A DNA stretch of 58,784 bases from Alphaproteobacteria bacterium (GTDB lineage Bacteria > Pseudomonadota > Alphaproteobacteria > Rs-D84), in the NCBI GenBank assembly GCA_017471805.1, contig JAFURS010000016.1, positions 1 to 58,784 of the forward strand, written 5' to 3'. Below, one piece after another: positions 18,201 through 27,042 of the stretch. Positions within the stretch are counted from its first letter, which is position 1. Each line of letters starts with the position of its first letter. A program made the translations under genes and the position numbers. Under the pieces are notes generated by a model. The model made no database searches, was not told the DNA's origin, and worked only from the letters and a program-made list of their open reading frames with translations.

Positions 18201-21200
18201 GGCGTGTAATGCCTGTGTCAAGGGAACAAATGCCGCCAGTTGTTCAGTGTCCAAGGAAACAGATTCGTGCACATATTCAGGGACCTGTAATGTTGATACC
18301 TATAACCCAACGGTAAGTGGGGTGACGGTTTCTTGTTCGGACTGTCCAACGGGCAGTAATGCGGCGGCGGGAAATACTGCGACGTCTTGTGCGTGGAATA
18401 ACTATTCTGTGACCTATTCCTGTGGCGCTGGGGACGGGACAGAACCGGCTGGTGCAACAGCAACATACAACAGCAACTTTACACCGGCGGCAAATACTTG
18501 TTCACGTGATGGATATAATTTTAGTGGTTGGTCGGTCAGTGGAACAAGTGACGTCAAGGCGGCAGGGACTGCATTTCCTTGGACATATGTTGAGGATAAA
18601 ACATTTACTGCGGTCTGGGTGTTGCAAGGGAACAAGGCGGTCACATACGAAACAAATGGCGGAACGATTAACGATACAAGTGTGGTTTCGTCTTGTAATG
18701 TTGAAACAGCGACATTTAATCTGCCAACAAATGTGACAAAAATTGGATATACTTTTGCGGGGTGGTATGAATCGTCTGATTTCAGCGGTTCGGCGGTGAC
18801 CAGCGTTGCAAAGGGAAGCTGTTTGTCTGATTTGAAGTTCTATGCAAAGTGGGACGCAAATGCAATTACTGTTGTATATGATGGTGATGGTCAAACCAGT
18901 GGTTCGGTTGCAAATCAGACCTGTTATTATGACCAGGATTGTATTGTTCAGGGTCAGGGTAATTTGTTAAAGACAAACTATGTTTTTTCTTATTGGACAT
19001 ATAATTCCACGCTTTATGAAGTTGGCACAAATATAAAAAATATCATAACAGGCGGAACCGTGACTCTTACTGCTACCTGGAAATTGGAATATACAAGAAT
19101 CGACCTTGGCGACAATGGTGGCAGTGGTGGCAGTGGCACAATTTATTTGAAATACAATCTAACTGGGGGACTATATAATGGTCCTAGAGTCACGTTGACG
19201 GATTCTAATAAGGCAGATATAACGTCTGTTAAGATACCAATCCGCAAGGGATATGTGTTTGCAGGATATCAGTATGATGATTGTGAATTTTTATCGGACA
19301 CAGACTGTTTCCTTAAACACGGTTCAAGCGAATATTGGGAAGACTTTATCAAAGCCGATGGAACGTTGCTATATCCAGATGACATAATTGGGTATCAGGG
19401 CATTACGGGTTATCGGACAGCGAAGGCCAAGTGGACACAGTGTACAGGATTGCCAACAAATGCAGATTGGACGATATCGACAAATAACACCTGTACGTGG
19501 GCGTGTGGAAGTGAGTTTTATCAGTCCAGCGGAACGTGTGTGAACTGTCCGACAAATGCGAAGTGCGATGGCGGGGCAACCTGGGATTGTTTGGCGGGTT
19601 ATGAAAAGAATACCGCTGGCACAGCCTGTCAGGGCAAGGAATATACGGTCACATTAGATGCGGATGGCGGTGTGTTTGGTTCAAATTCGACAGCGACTGT
19701 GACGGCGACGTATAATCAGGTCTTGCCTGATGCCACGATGCCAACACGGACGAATTATAACTTTATGGGTATATATTCGGCGAAAAATGGTGGTGGCGAT
19801 CAATATTACGATGCTTCAGGCACGCCTACAAAGGTGTGGACGACAGATGGTGGGGCAACATTGTATGCACACTGGTCATTGGGGGTCTTTACCTGCACGG
19901 CTGGAAAGGCAGCGGATGGAACGACCTGTAGTGCGGGTTCTTATTGCCCGGGTGGCAATGTGACGGCTGGCACTGAAACGGGGGCAAATGGTTGCGAACG
20001 CACCTGCCCTGCGGATGCGGCGGGCGGCACGGTTTCTTCGGTTGCCGGGGCCACAAGTAGCGCAGCCTGTATGACAGTTCGCAAAAATGTTGAATTGACG
20101 GATAAGACGGGTGCAGGTGATCAGACGTGTTATTATAATAGCACAAAAGCTGATTATTCGAATACTTGCACAATTAAGGTGACAAGTTGTATCGCTGGAA
20201 GATATCGTCAGGAAGAATCTTCAACAACCTGTATATTGACTGAAATTGGACGTTATAGTCCAAAGAATGATATAGCGGCTTATAATTGTAGTGATTTAAG
20301 TGGTGCAGATAGCACAGTAAAAACAGCGTCGACCGGGTCCAGTGCTGCAACACAGTGCTATAACACGTGTTCAAATATCAGTATAACAAATGGAACACAG
20401 GTGCCGGTGTCGGGAACAGTGTATTATAACGGCACAACGATTCCGGCGTGTGAATATACAACATCCTGCGCTGATGGATATGCGGTGTCTGGAACAAGTT
20501 GTGTGCCAAAGGTCTTGAAGGTGACATTGGATCATAATGGGGGGGCATCCACTGTTAGTGAAATATATTTGAAATATAATACAGGTTGGTATTCAGATAG
20601 TTCTGCAAATAATGCTATAACGACGGTTGCAATACCGACACTGGCAGGACAGACCTTCTCTGGATATTTGTATGGTTCAAATATTATTGTTGATGCAGAA
20701 GGCAAATTAACAACGGCGACACGTTCATTTACGGAACCTGTTACGATAACTGCGTCGTGGAACCAGAACGATTCATTAACGTGTCCAGCAGGAACATATT
20801 ATAAGGGGACCGGAGATACGTGCACGGACTGTCCAGTAGGTAGCTATTGCGAAGGTGTGACAGTGATTCAGGGTATCGGAACAGAGTCAGGACGTGAAAC
20901 CTGTTCGGCCTTGAATGGAAAATATACGGCCGCAAAGACGGCAGCAGGTGCGACGATGAGCGTGACGGTGTCTTCTGCGGCAAAGTCAGACAGCGCAACA
21001 GACTGTTATGCAACAAACGTTGAATATGTATCTAATACACGTTATGCCCAGGGAAGTCAGACCTGTTATTACAATGAATCAACAGGCGAATATACAGATA
21101 GTTGCAAAAGCAAGACAGTATTACAATGTGTTGCTGGATACTATTTATATTCTTCTTCGAATGTCGATTGTAGCGAGGTTGGAAAGGGATATTATAGTGG

Positions 21201-24200
21201 GTCGAAAGAGTTGATACGGACAGCCTGCCCTAATTTGAACGATGGACTTGGCGTGACGACGACAAGTTCTACATCAGAGAAGATAGAACAGTGTTATTTA
21301 GGGAATATTTGGTATGAACCGGAAAATGGTCATAGTGGTCATAGACGCAGTTGTTATCATACGTCTGATGCAACAGATACAAATGTTGATACGGGATATA
21401 CATATAATTGTGATGTGTCAATAATTGTGACCTGTGATGGCGGGTATTATGACGACGGGGTTTCTGTAAATGCAAACGGCGAACGTGATTGCGTTGAAGT
21501 TGGGGAAAACTATTATAGTCCAGAACAGCTGTATTTCGTCGAAAGAAACAACGAAGATGAACAACCATTGTCTGCGAATCCGGGTTCTTCAACATTGCGT
21601 GTAGCCTGTCCGGCAGGTGGCACAACGAATGGTGCAACAACGTCAGATCGTCCAGAGGATTGTGGTTTATGTCCAGAAGATCACGTCTGCAAGGATGGTG
21701 AACAATATACTTGTTCTGAATTGACGAACGGTGAATACACAAGGTCTGATGCGGGGACAGAGGATGTTTCGGGGTGCTATAAAGCGTGTGAAAAGTTGTG
21801 TGAAGCACCAACAGATTGTCCGGCAAACTTTGGTAAGTGTACATACGCAACCAGCACGATGAATTCAGGTATCCAATACTATGGAACAACAACTTGTATT
21901 GTGTCTGATAATGAATGTCCTATAGATTGGGATGGTTCAAACCGCTGTGACACGAAGTATTATATGACGGATGCAGAACCATATTGCACGTTGATGTGTA
22001 AGGATTTGCAACCAGTAGGAACATATGATCAGTCTTCTATGGCAACACTAAGCAATCAGGCGGGCGCTTGTTATGGTAGTGGGTCACCAGATTGCGACCA
22101 TTCTAACAACTATGTCTTGGGCGAGGACGGTATGCCGACTGTTGAATATGTTGATTTTTGTCCGGAAAATGCAACCTGTACAGAATCGACAAAGCCAAAG
22201 GTTGGATATGCTTGGTATCCGCTAGATATTTATATCCCTTCATCGTTCTGTAAGTTCACATATGTGTGCGATCCGGGATATAAGGCGGAAACAACAGGAG
22301 ATATTGAGTATGGCTACAAGAAGACGTTGTATGGTGTTGCTTCTACAGCTGTGACTGTGGCATCTTGTTCGCCAGATACTTATACTATCACATTAGATGA
22401 TGCGACAGGTAGTGGTGGTTCGGGAACTATTTATCAGAAGTATAAGACTGGTTGGTTCGCAGATGATGCTGCTGCAACCACGATAAACAAGGTCAAGGTT
22501 CCAACGAAGACAAATTATTCGTTCTTGGGATATTATACTGCCCAGACAGGTGGAACCAAGACAATAGATACAGATGGAACTATCTTGTCGGGTGCAACCT
22601 TTACAAGTAATACGACATTCTATGCACGTTGGTCACAAAATTTAGAGAAGTGCGTTGCAGGAAAGTATTATAAAACAGGGACATTGACAACCTGTATAGC
22701 ACCTTACTATTGTTCGGGTGATGGTAATGTGGCAGTTGGAGAAACAGGCTGTTATAGCGAATGTCCGGCAGGTGGTTATGTTGATAATAATGGCAGCTCA
22801 ACAATAAATGATTGCCACAAGATTATTACAGACGCATCTAAAAACTTCCCGAATGGGACAGCGCAGTGGGATTGCTATTACACAAGTGGTTTTGGCGATA
22901 ACGCACTGTATAGCACGAGTTGTAAGGTTGTGCCATTAACGTGTAATGCAGGATATTACTATGAAGGTAATAATGTTATTGGTTGCACGGCGGTAGAAGA
23001 TAAATATTACAGCCCTGCCAATGATTTGGATAAGAAACTTTGTGAAGGTGGTGACGGATCGGTTAATCCACGTGACAGTATAGAAACCTGTTATGTGAGT
23101 TGTGACCTGAATAAATCTGAAGTGCCACATAGCACAAGTGTGACACCAGATAGCGAACAGGCAATGTATTCGGGTGGGAAGTATGAAACCTGTACATATA
23201 CATTGAACTGTGAAACAGGATATACGGCAGTGCCGGGGGCAAGCCCGAAGTGTAACCCAAATGAATATACGGTTACACTGAATAAGAATGGTGGTTCTGG
23301 TAGTGTCGCAGGTAGTGTAAAATGCACGTTTAACAGTGGTTCGTGCACCCTGCCCGCAACAAGTTCATTGAGTCGACCAGGATATAATGTAGTTGCGAAG
23401 TGGTGCGAAAACAAAGATGGCACGGGAACGTGTTATGCAGCAGGTGCAGCAACGACAACAAACATATCTGCAACTGGTTCCAACACTGAATTGTTTGCGG
23501 TTTGGGCCCCAGCAGTGCTTAAGATTACTTTGAGCGCATCTGATGCAGATAAAAATGCTGACCAAGGACCAGTTTATCTGAAATACGCAACAGGTTGGTA
23601 TTCAGATGCGGCGGCGACAAAACCAATGGTAAGTCTGGGAACAAACTTGCCAAGCAAGGGTGGCGAAGCATATGTGTTTGCAGGATATAAATTGGGCAAT
23701 GTGACAATTATTGACGCAAATGGCACATTACAGAGTGGCGATGCGTTAACTGCGACTACGACAGATGCAACTGCGACTGTGGTTTGGAGTTTGGGGGCAA
23801 CAAACTGTAATCCAGGATATTATTATCCAGGCACAGGTAGTCAGTGTATGGTCTGTAAAGAAAACCATTATTGTCCAGGCGGTAAGTTTGCGACAGACAA
23901 TGGCAGTGTTGGCGGGTTGAACGCTTGTTTGGATGGCGGTTTGTCAGATGGAGGTGTGTCGGCAACAAATATCGGCGTTTGCTATAAGCAACAGTTGGCA
24001 TATGTGTCACCAACCAAAAATGCAACGGGAACACAGACCTGTTATCACGATGGTATCTTGGGATATGTTGCTGGGTGTAAAGATATTGAAGTTAACACTT
24101 GCACAGCAGGACACTACTATGATACTGCACAAACGTTAATTGACTGTGTTGAGGTTGGTGTAAATTATTATAGTCCTGACAAGGTATTGGAACGCACAGC

Positions 24201-26157
24201 CTGTCCGAATGGCGGTATTACGGGAACATTAACAACGGCGGCGGCGGCAACAGAATGCTTCAAGACAGTTGACTTTACATCGGCGTCCGGCAACGGAACG
24301 GGAACACAAGTATGTATGTATACAAGTGGCGAAGGAGACGACGCACGATATGCAACCGATTGTCGTGAACAATATGTCAATAAATGTAAGGGTGGTTATT
24401 ACAAAACAACCAATACGTCGATTGACTGTGATGAAGTTGGACAGAATTATTATAGTGCAGAAGGTGATGTGGAGCGTGATGCCTGTCCGAATGGCGGAAT
24501 GACAGAATCTAAGACTGCTAATGCGCCGACGTTCTGTTATAAGACAGATACGCCATATCAGGGCGAACACGGAAAAGGTATTCAACTGTGTTATTATAAT
24601 GCAGAAACAACTGTATATGACACGGCGTGTGAAACGGTAATATTCCAGGAATGTGATCCGGGATATTATTGGGCGAAACAAGGCGATAAAGATTGTTCTG
24701 TTGTGGACTTTGGTAATTATGGTCCAATTGCTGACGAGAACAATAATGGTAAGCCAACTGCACGGGCGGCATGTCCAAATAATGGTATGACCAAGACAGC
24801 AACCAGTGCAAGTGCAGATGCGTGCTATCTGACAGATGTGGCCTGTGATGTCGCAAATGGAAGTGGTGAACATACCTGTAATTATGACGCAAGCGCAGGT
24901 GCGTATGCTGCAAACTGCACAGCGTGTGTAGTGACAGGATGTGATACAGGTTATTCACAGGTGGGCGATGAATGTATCAACTGTCCAGAAGATAGTGTAT
25001 GTGTTGGTGGCGAACAACAGACCTGTGCGGAATTGACAGGTGGAACACATACAAAGTCTGATGCAGGAACAAATGATGTGGCATATTGCTATAAGGAATG
25101 TGATGTCATTGCAAATGTCGCACAGATGTCAGGTCGTGACTATTATGGTGCAAATGTTGCAGACACCTGTGAAATCAAGGTTTGTGCGGCGGGTTATACA
25201 CTGGCAGATGGCAAGTGTGTCGAATGCCCAGAAGGTTATGTATGTGATCCAAACGATCCAGACAATCCGGGGAAGCCAAAATCTTGTTCTGTGTTGACGG
25301 GTGGAACACATACAATGTCGGATGCAGGTGCAAAGTCGGTAAAAGACTGTTATCAGCAGTGCGAACCATATGAAGTTGTAAATGGAACCGCAGTGCCAGT
25401 CGAAGAAAAGGCTTATTATCCAGCAGAGTGTGATTACGAAGGTCGTTCAGATACAGGTAATCCGTGTGAAATTGTCGACGGTGTATGTATCGAAACGTCG
25501 TGTAATTATAACTTTGAGCTGATAAATGGCGTTTGCAAACCGTGCGCCCGTGAAAATGCAATTACATATAAGCAAAATGGAAATTGCGTTGTTGAATCGT
25601 GTGCATCAGGATTCCATCCAAATGGTCAGGCCTGTGAATCAGACGTGACGGGTTGTGTGGCACCAAATGCATTGGCGGCGACCCAGGTTTGGAACCCAAG
25701 TAAGAACGCATTTGGTGAATGCATTATTACAAAGTGTGATGCAGGTTATCATTTGGCGGCAAATGCGTGTCAGGTTGATGAACAGGTTTGTGAACTGGAA
25801 CACGGTATTGGATTGCAGGAATGGAACCACGATACAAATACGTGGGGCGAATGTATCGCAACCGAATGTGATCCGGGCTATACAAATGACCGCAGCCAGA
25901 CAAATGAACTGTGGAAACAATGCGGACGTTGCAACAATATGTATAGTGCAGATGGCGATTTAGCAGCCAGCAGTTATGTGCAGGAATGTGAAATTGCGGC
26001 CTGTATGTATCAAGGAGAAAAATACATATTGGAAAACAACGAATGTCGTTTGATTTGCAACGAGTTCGAAGATGAAACAGGACGTAGATATTGGGATAAC
26101 AACAAGAAAAAGTGTATCCACGACTGTAATAAAGAAAAAGGCTATGTTCCGTGGTAA
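15274..26157 (+). CDS. Giant secreted surface protein (3627 aa): signal peptide, Listeria-Bacteroides-type (Flg_new-like) repeats, then a Cys-rich module array
   Basis: GAGAGGAAG Shine-Dalgarno. Signal MGRKRSFLGFLATLAMLFVGANAFA. Many Y-T-V-x-(F/Y)-D-x-NGG...GY-x-F-x-GW...LYAQW units. At least 7 modules of TCYYN..C....C.AGYY....DC.EVG.NYYSP....R.ACP. Uninterrupted 10.9-kb frame. Confidence 0.9.
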   Translation: MGRKRSFLGFLATLAMLFVGANAFAAAYSCPTTVNYTSCSAGYYLAENGTYNDCYECPDNSGTGADNIASGCTCNTGYSVSGDATDKTLATQGSPCKPIETVITLTQIGNAQGIDIKATQEGTKYLYTRYGSGTFYSDPTRTTAISEIELPELVYTIRYETQGGSLPSGTAATATSECAFGSYGNSGGTYVDKDGFTREGLSAQNRYTSASDTWYLTWGSCGNIILPTPTKTGYKFTGWSDGTNTYAAGASYTPSGATTTIALVAQWQANCNEITINYTANGADTEGWTKLYKLTDSTAWYGGSNCVLDPFTHIPSLGFKDNATAAGLFTSATGRTQVANGYIAEDDPDNLLLSTTWTVKGPTTLYAQYDCYQNYRGSGTRITGACTGNGYKITLDGNGATSSDTTALYTTYGTNVYLDSPRSKAMTTAANAITKPTRTGYNFKGYYSAASGGLQYVASTGYITSNGLTVGKNATADTTWYAQWTPIDSRFTFVASQATSATNAAGYVYTRYDSGAFLDSDRTQAMSTSANPIYVPSREYTVTYDANGGSVSKTSDTARYTFNGYWTAISGGTQYFAAEVLPSGTGKSYITEAGIAAAKKNTTITELYAQWTDGRVTLPTPERDGYVFKGWYTTGGEEVGDADKTYAPTSTVTLYAQWTVDTYTVSFDLNGGSGSTPSSVTQPYGSDMQPYEELATTPYKTGYTFMGWYDNKTYTSGTKYYNADGTSARTWDKTDDATLYAGWEANTFTVSYAGNGNTGGSAPTSPTSCTYGSTCAAPSNAYTKTGYVFVGWACTGGTTSCDGDIIQPGASLSTVSTGSTITLTAQWVREYTKFTIDNAGGSSSVSEIYLKYDPSSKTFSWVDSTKSTAITKIAIPTRAGHTFTGYAYNPCQYRDTGCALSICFGLSSGCSVDITKTDLTTLKSVSGVSNENYFYFTTDLANENETWTMSANWTQCTGLPDDNAYWTTSTNNTCVWACNACVKGTNAASCSVSKETDSCTYSGTCNVDTYNPTVSGVTVSCSDCPTGSNAAAGNTATSCAWNNYSVTYSCGAGDGTEPAGATATYNSNFTPAANTCSRDGYNFSGWSVSGTSDVKAAGTAFPWTYVEDKTFTAVWVLQGNKAVTYETNGGTINDTSVVSSCNVETATFNLPTNVTKIGYTFAGWYESSDFSGSAVTSVAKGSCLSDLKFYAKWDANAITVVYDGDGQTSGSVANQTCYYDQDCIVQGQGNLLKTNYVFSYWTYNSTLYEVGTNIKNIITGGTVTLTATWKLEYTRIDLGDNGGSGGSGTIYLKYNLTGGLYNGPRVTLTDSNKADITSVKIPIRKGYVFAGYQYDDCEFLSDTDCFLKHGSSEYWEDFIKADGTLLYPDDIIGYQGITGYRTAKAKWTQCTGLPTNADWTISTNNTCTWACGSEFYQSSGTCVNCPTNAKCDGGATWDCLAGYEKNTAGTACQGKEYTVTLDADGGVFGSNSTATVTATYNQVLPDATMPTRTNYNFMGIYSAKNGGGDQYYDASGTPTKVWTTDGGATLYAHWSLGVFTCTAGKAADGTTCSAGSYCPGGNVTAGTETGANGCERTCPADAAGGTVSSVAGATSSAACMTVRKNVELTDKTGAGDQTCYYNSTKADYSNTCTIKVTSCIAGRYRQEESSTTCILTEIGRYSPKNDIAAYNCSDLSGADSTVKTASTGSSAATQCYNTCSNISITNGTQVPVSGTVYYNGTTIPACEYTTSCADGYAVSGTSCVPKVLKVTLDHNGGASTVSEIYLKYNTGWYSDSSANNAITTVAIPTLAGQTFSGYLYGSNIIVDAEGKLTTATRSFTEPVTITASWNQNDSLTCPAGTYYKGTGDTCTDCPVGSYCEGVTVIQGIGTESGRETCSALNGKYTAAKTAAGATMSVTVSSAAKSDSATDCYATNVEYVSNTRYAQGSQTCYYNESTGEYTDSCKSKTVLQCVAGYYLYSSSNVDCSEVGKGYYSGSKELIRTACPNLNDGLGVTTTSSTSEKIEQCYLGNIWYEPENGHSGHRRSCYHTSDATDTNVDTGYTYNCDVSIIVTCDGGYYDDGVSVNANGERDCVEVGENYYSPEQLYFVERNNEDEQPLSANPGSSTLRVACPAGGTTNGATTSDRPEDCGLCPEDHVCKDGEQYTCSELTNGEYTRSDAGTEDVSGCYKACEKLCEAPTDCPANFGKCTYATSTMNSGIQYYGTTTCIVSDNECPIDWDGSNRCDTKYYMTDAEPYCTLMCKDLQPVGTYDQSSMATLSNQAGACYGSGSPDCDHSNNYVLGEDGMPTVEYVDFCPENATCTESTKPKVGYAWYPLDIYIPSSFCKFTYVCDPGYKAETTGDIEYGYKKTLYGVASTAVTVASCSPDTYTITLDDATGSGGSGTIYQKYKTGWFADDAAATTINKVKVPTKTNYSFLGYYTAQTGGTKTIDTDGTILSGATFTSNTTFYARWSQNLEKCVAGKYYKTGTLTTCIAPYYCSGDGNVAVGETGCYSECPAGGYVDNNGSSTINDCHKIITDASKNFPNGTAQWDCYYTSGFGDNALYSTSCKVVPLTCNAGYYYEGNNVIGCTAVEDKYYSPANDLDKKLCEGGDGSVNPRDSIETCYVSCDLNKSEVPHSTSVTPDSEQAMYSGGKYETCTYTLNCETGYTAVPGASPKCNPNEYTVTLNKNGGSGSVAGSVKCTFNSGSCTLPATSSLSRPGYNVVAKWCENKDGTGTCYAAGAATTTNISATGSNTELFAVWAPAVLKITLSASDADKNADQGPVYLKYATGWYSDAAATKPMVSLGTNLPSKGGEAYVFAGYKLGNVTIIDANGTLQSGDALTATTTDATATVVWSLGATNCNPGYYYPGTGSQCMVCKENHYCPGGKFATDNGSVGGLNACLDGGLSDGGVSATNIGVCYKQQLAYVSPTKNATGTQTCYHDGILGYVAGCKDIEVNTCTAGHYYDTAQTLIDCVEVGVNYYSPDKVLERTACPNGGITGTLTTAAAATECFKTVDFTSASGNGTGTQVCMYTSGEGDDARYATDCREQYVNKCKGGYYKTTNTSIDCDEVGQNYYSAEGDVERDACPNGGMTESKTANAPTFCYKTDTPYQGEHGKGIQLCYYNAETTVYDTACETVIFQECDPGYYWAKQGDKDCSVVDFGNYGPIADENNNGKPTARAACPNNGMTKTATSASADACYLTDVACDVANGSGEHTCNYDASAGAYAANCTACVVTGCDTGYSQVGDECINCPEDSVCVGGEQQTCAELTGGTHTKSDAGTNDVAYCYKECDVIANVAQMSGRDYYGANVADTCEIKVCAAGYTLADGKCVECPEGYVCDPNDPDNPGKPKSCSVLTGGTHTMSDAGAKSVKDCYQQCEPYEVVNGTAVPVEEKAYYPAECDYEGRSDTGNPCEIVDGVCIETSCNYNFELINGVCKPCARENAITYKQNGNCVVESCASGFHPNGQACESDVTGCVAPNALAATQVWNPSKNAFGECIITKCDAGYHLAANACQVDEQVCELEHGIGLQEWNHDTNTWGECIATECDPGYTNDRSQTNELWKQCGRCNNMYSADGDLAASSYVQECEIAACMYQGEKYILENNECRLICNEFEDETGRRYWDNNKKKCIHDCNKEKGYVPW

Positions 26158-26186
26158 AAAAAATCCCCCGTATGGGGGATTTTTTG
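26158..26186 (+). terminator. Rho-independent terminator after the giant gene
   Basis: AAAAAAATCCCCC-GTAT-GGGGGATTTTTT. Confidence 0.85.
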
Positions 26187-26364
26187 TGGCGTATGTGATG
26201 TGTTGGAACGGCTGGGGGGTATGATTTTCAGGGCGGTGCGGTTGCAAGGCGCATACGCCCTGTTTATTACTTAATGCCCAGACAAGAATTAGGCATTAAA
26301 AGAACAAAATCCCGATTCATTTGACGGCGACTACTGCACCAGCAAGAGTTTAACCGCAGTTTTG

Positions 26365-26997
26365 ATGTCAAGAATGAATCAGTTCACAGATACAGATAAT
26401 GTATTAAATCAATCTGTTTTTGCTAAAAAAACTGATGTATCCACCAAGTCTGATATAAAAGAAATGCGAGAAGATGCAAAAAAATATCTGCTTGGGGTTG
26501 TTAGAAAACAGGATATAAAACATCCTACACTGGGCGAAATACGTGTTTCTAGAACGGGAATTGACGAATTTATTAGCCACAGTAGCAATAAAGATAAATT
26601 AGCGTTAGTGCCGCACTTAAAAGAATTGATAGAAACATCAGTCGTAGGCACAGAAGAATTACCAAGACACCCACGCAAAGATGGAATAGTTGCGTTTATA
26701 CCGTTATATAATGATGCGATAATAGACGATGTGCCATATAATACTAAAATATGGATTGGTAAAGATAAAAAAGGGAACTTGTTTTATGATGTAAAGTTAG
26801 AAAGCACCGAAACTGGTGGCGTTGAGAATCAATCAACGGTCAGTTCCGATGCTCTTAATATGAGTATTACACCAGAAACAACAAATGTCAAGCCATTAAC
26901 GCAACGCACACAATCCAACGGATACTATGATGCAGAGTTAAAGGTTATTGTTCTGGGTAGAAATATGAATACTATGACACTGCCCCGGGGTTGCTAA
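26365..26997 (+). CDS. Hypothetical protein (about 210 aa) resembling a stand-alone module of phage/plasmid polyvalent proteins (possible Barnase/EndoU/RelE-like nuclease domain)
   Basis: GEIRVSRTGIDEFISHSSNKDKLALVPHLKELIETSV...GKDKKGNLFYDVKL pattern, recognised from memory only. No Shine-Dalgarno or clear promoter. Frame is open from 26293. Confidence 0.45.
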   Translation: MSRMNQFTDTDNVLNQSVFAKKTDVSTKSDIKEMREDAKKYLLGVVRKQDIKHPTLGEIRVSRTGIDEFISHSSNKDKLALVPHLKELIETSVVGTEELPRHPRKDGIVAFIPLYNDAIIDDVPYNTKIWIGKDKKGNLFYDVKLESTETGGVENQSTVSSDALNMSITPETTNVKPLTQRTQSNGYYDAELKVIVLGRNMNTMTLPRGC

Positions 26998-27005
26998 TTT
27001 AACGG

Positions 27006-27035
27006 TTGAATAAAATTAGAAAAAAATATTATAAT
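27006..27035 (+). promoter_or_regulatory. Predicted promoter of the methyltransferase gene (leaderless arrangement)
   Basis: TTGAAT-N18-TATAAT, then 7 nt to ATG 27043. Confidence 0.55.
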
Positions 27036-27042
27036 CTAAATT

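Noticed and set aside
21269-24958. Long antisense ORFs inside the giant gene (21269-21892, 24229-24873, 24518-24958 and many shorter ones)
   Set aside because: They lie opposite an uninterrupted 10.9-kb frame with clear repeat-protein logic and have low-complexity, His/Leu/Cys-rich translations without start signals. They are artefacts of the codon bias of the sense strand.
8051-26186. Near-identical hairpins ATCCCCCGT(T/A)TGGGGGAT after dnaK (8051-8068) and after the giant gene (26163-26180), considered as a dispersed repeat
   Set aside because: Both are followed by T-runs exactly at gene ends, so the simplest reading is convergent or related intrinsic terminators, not a mobile repeat.
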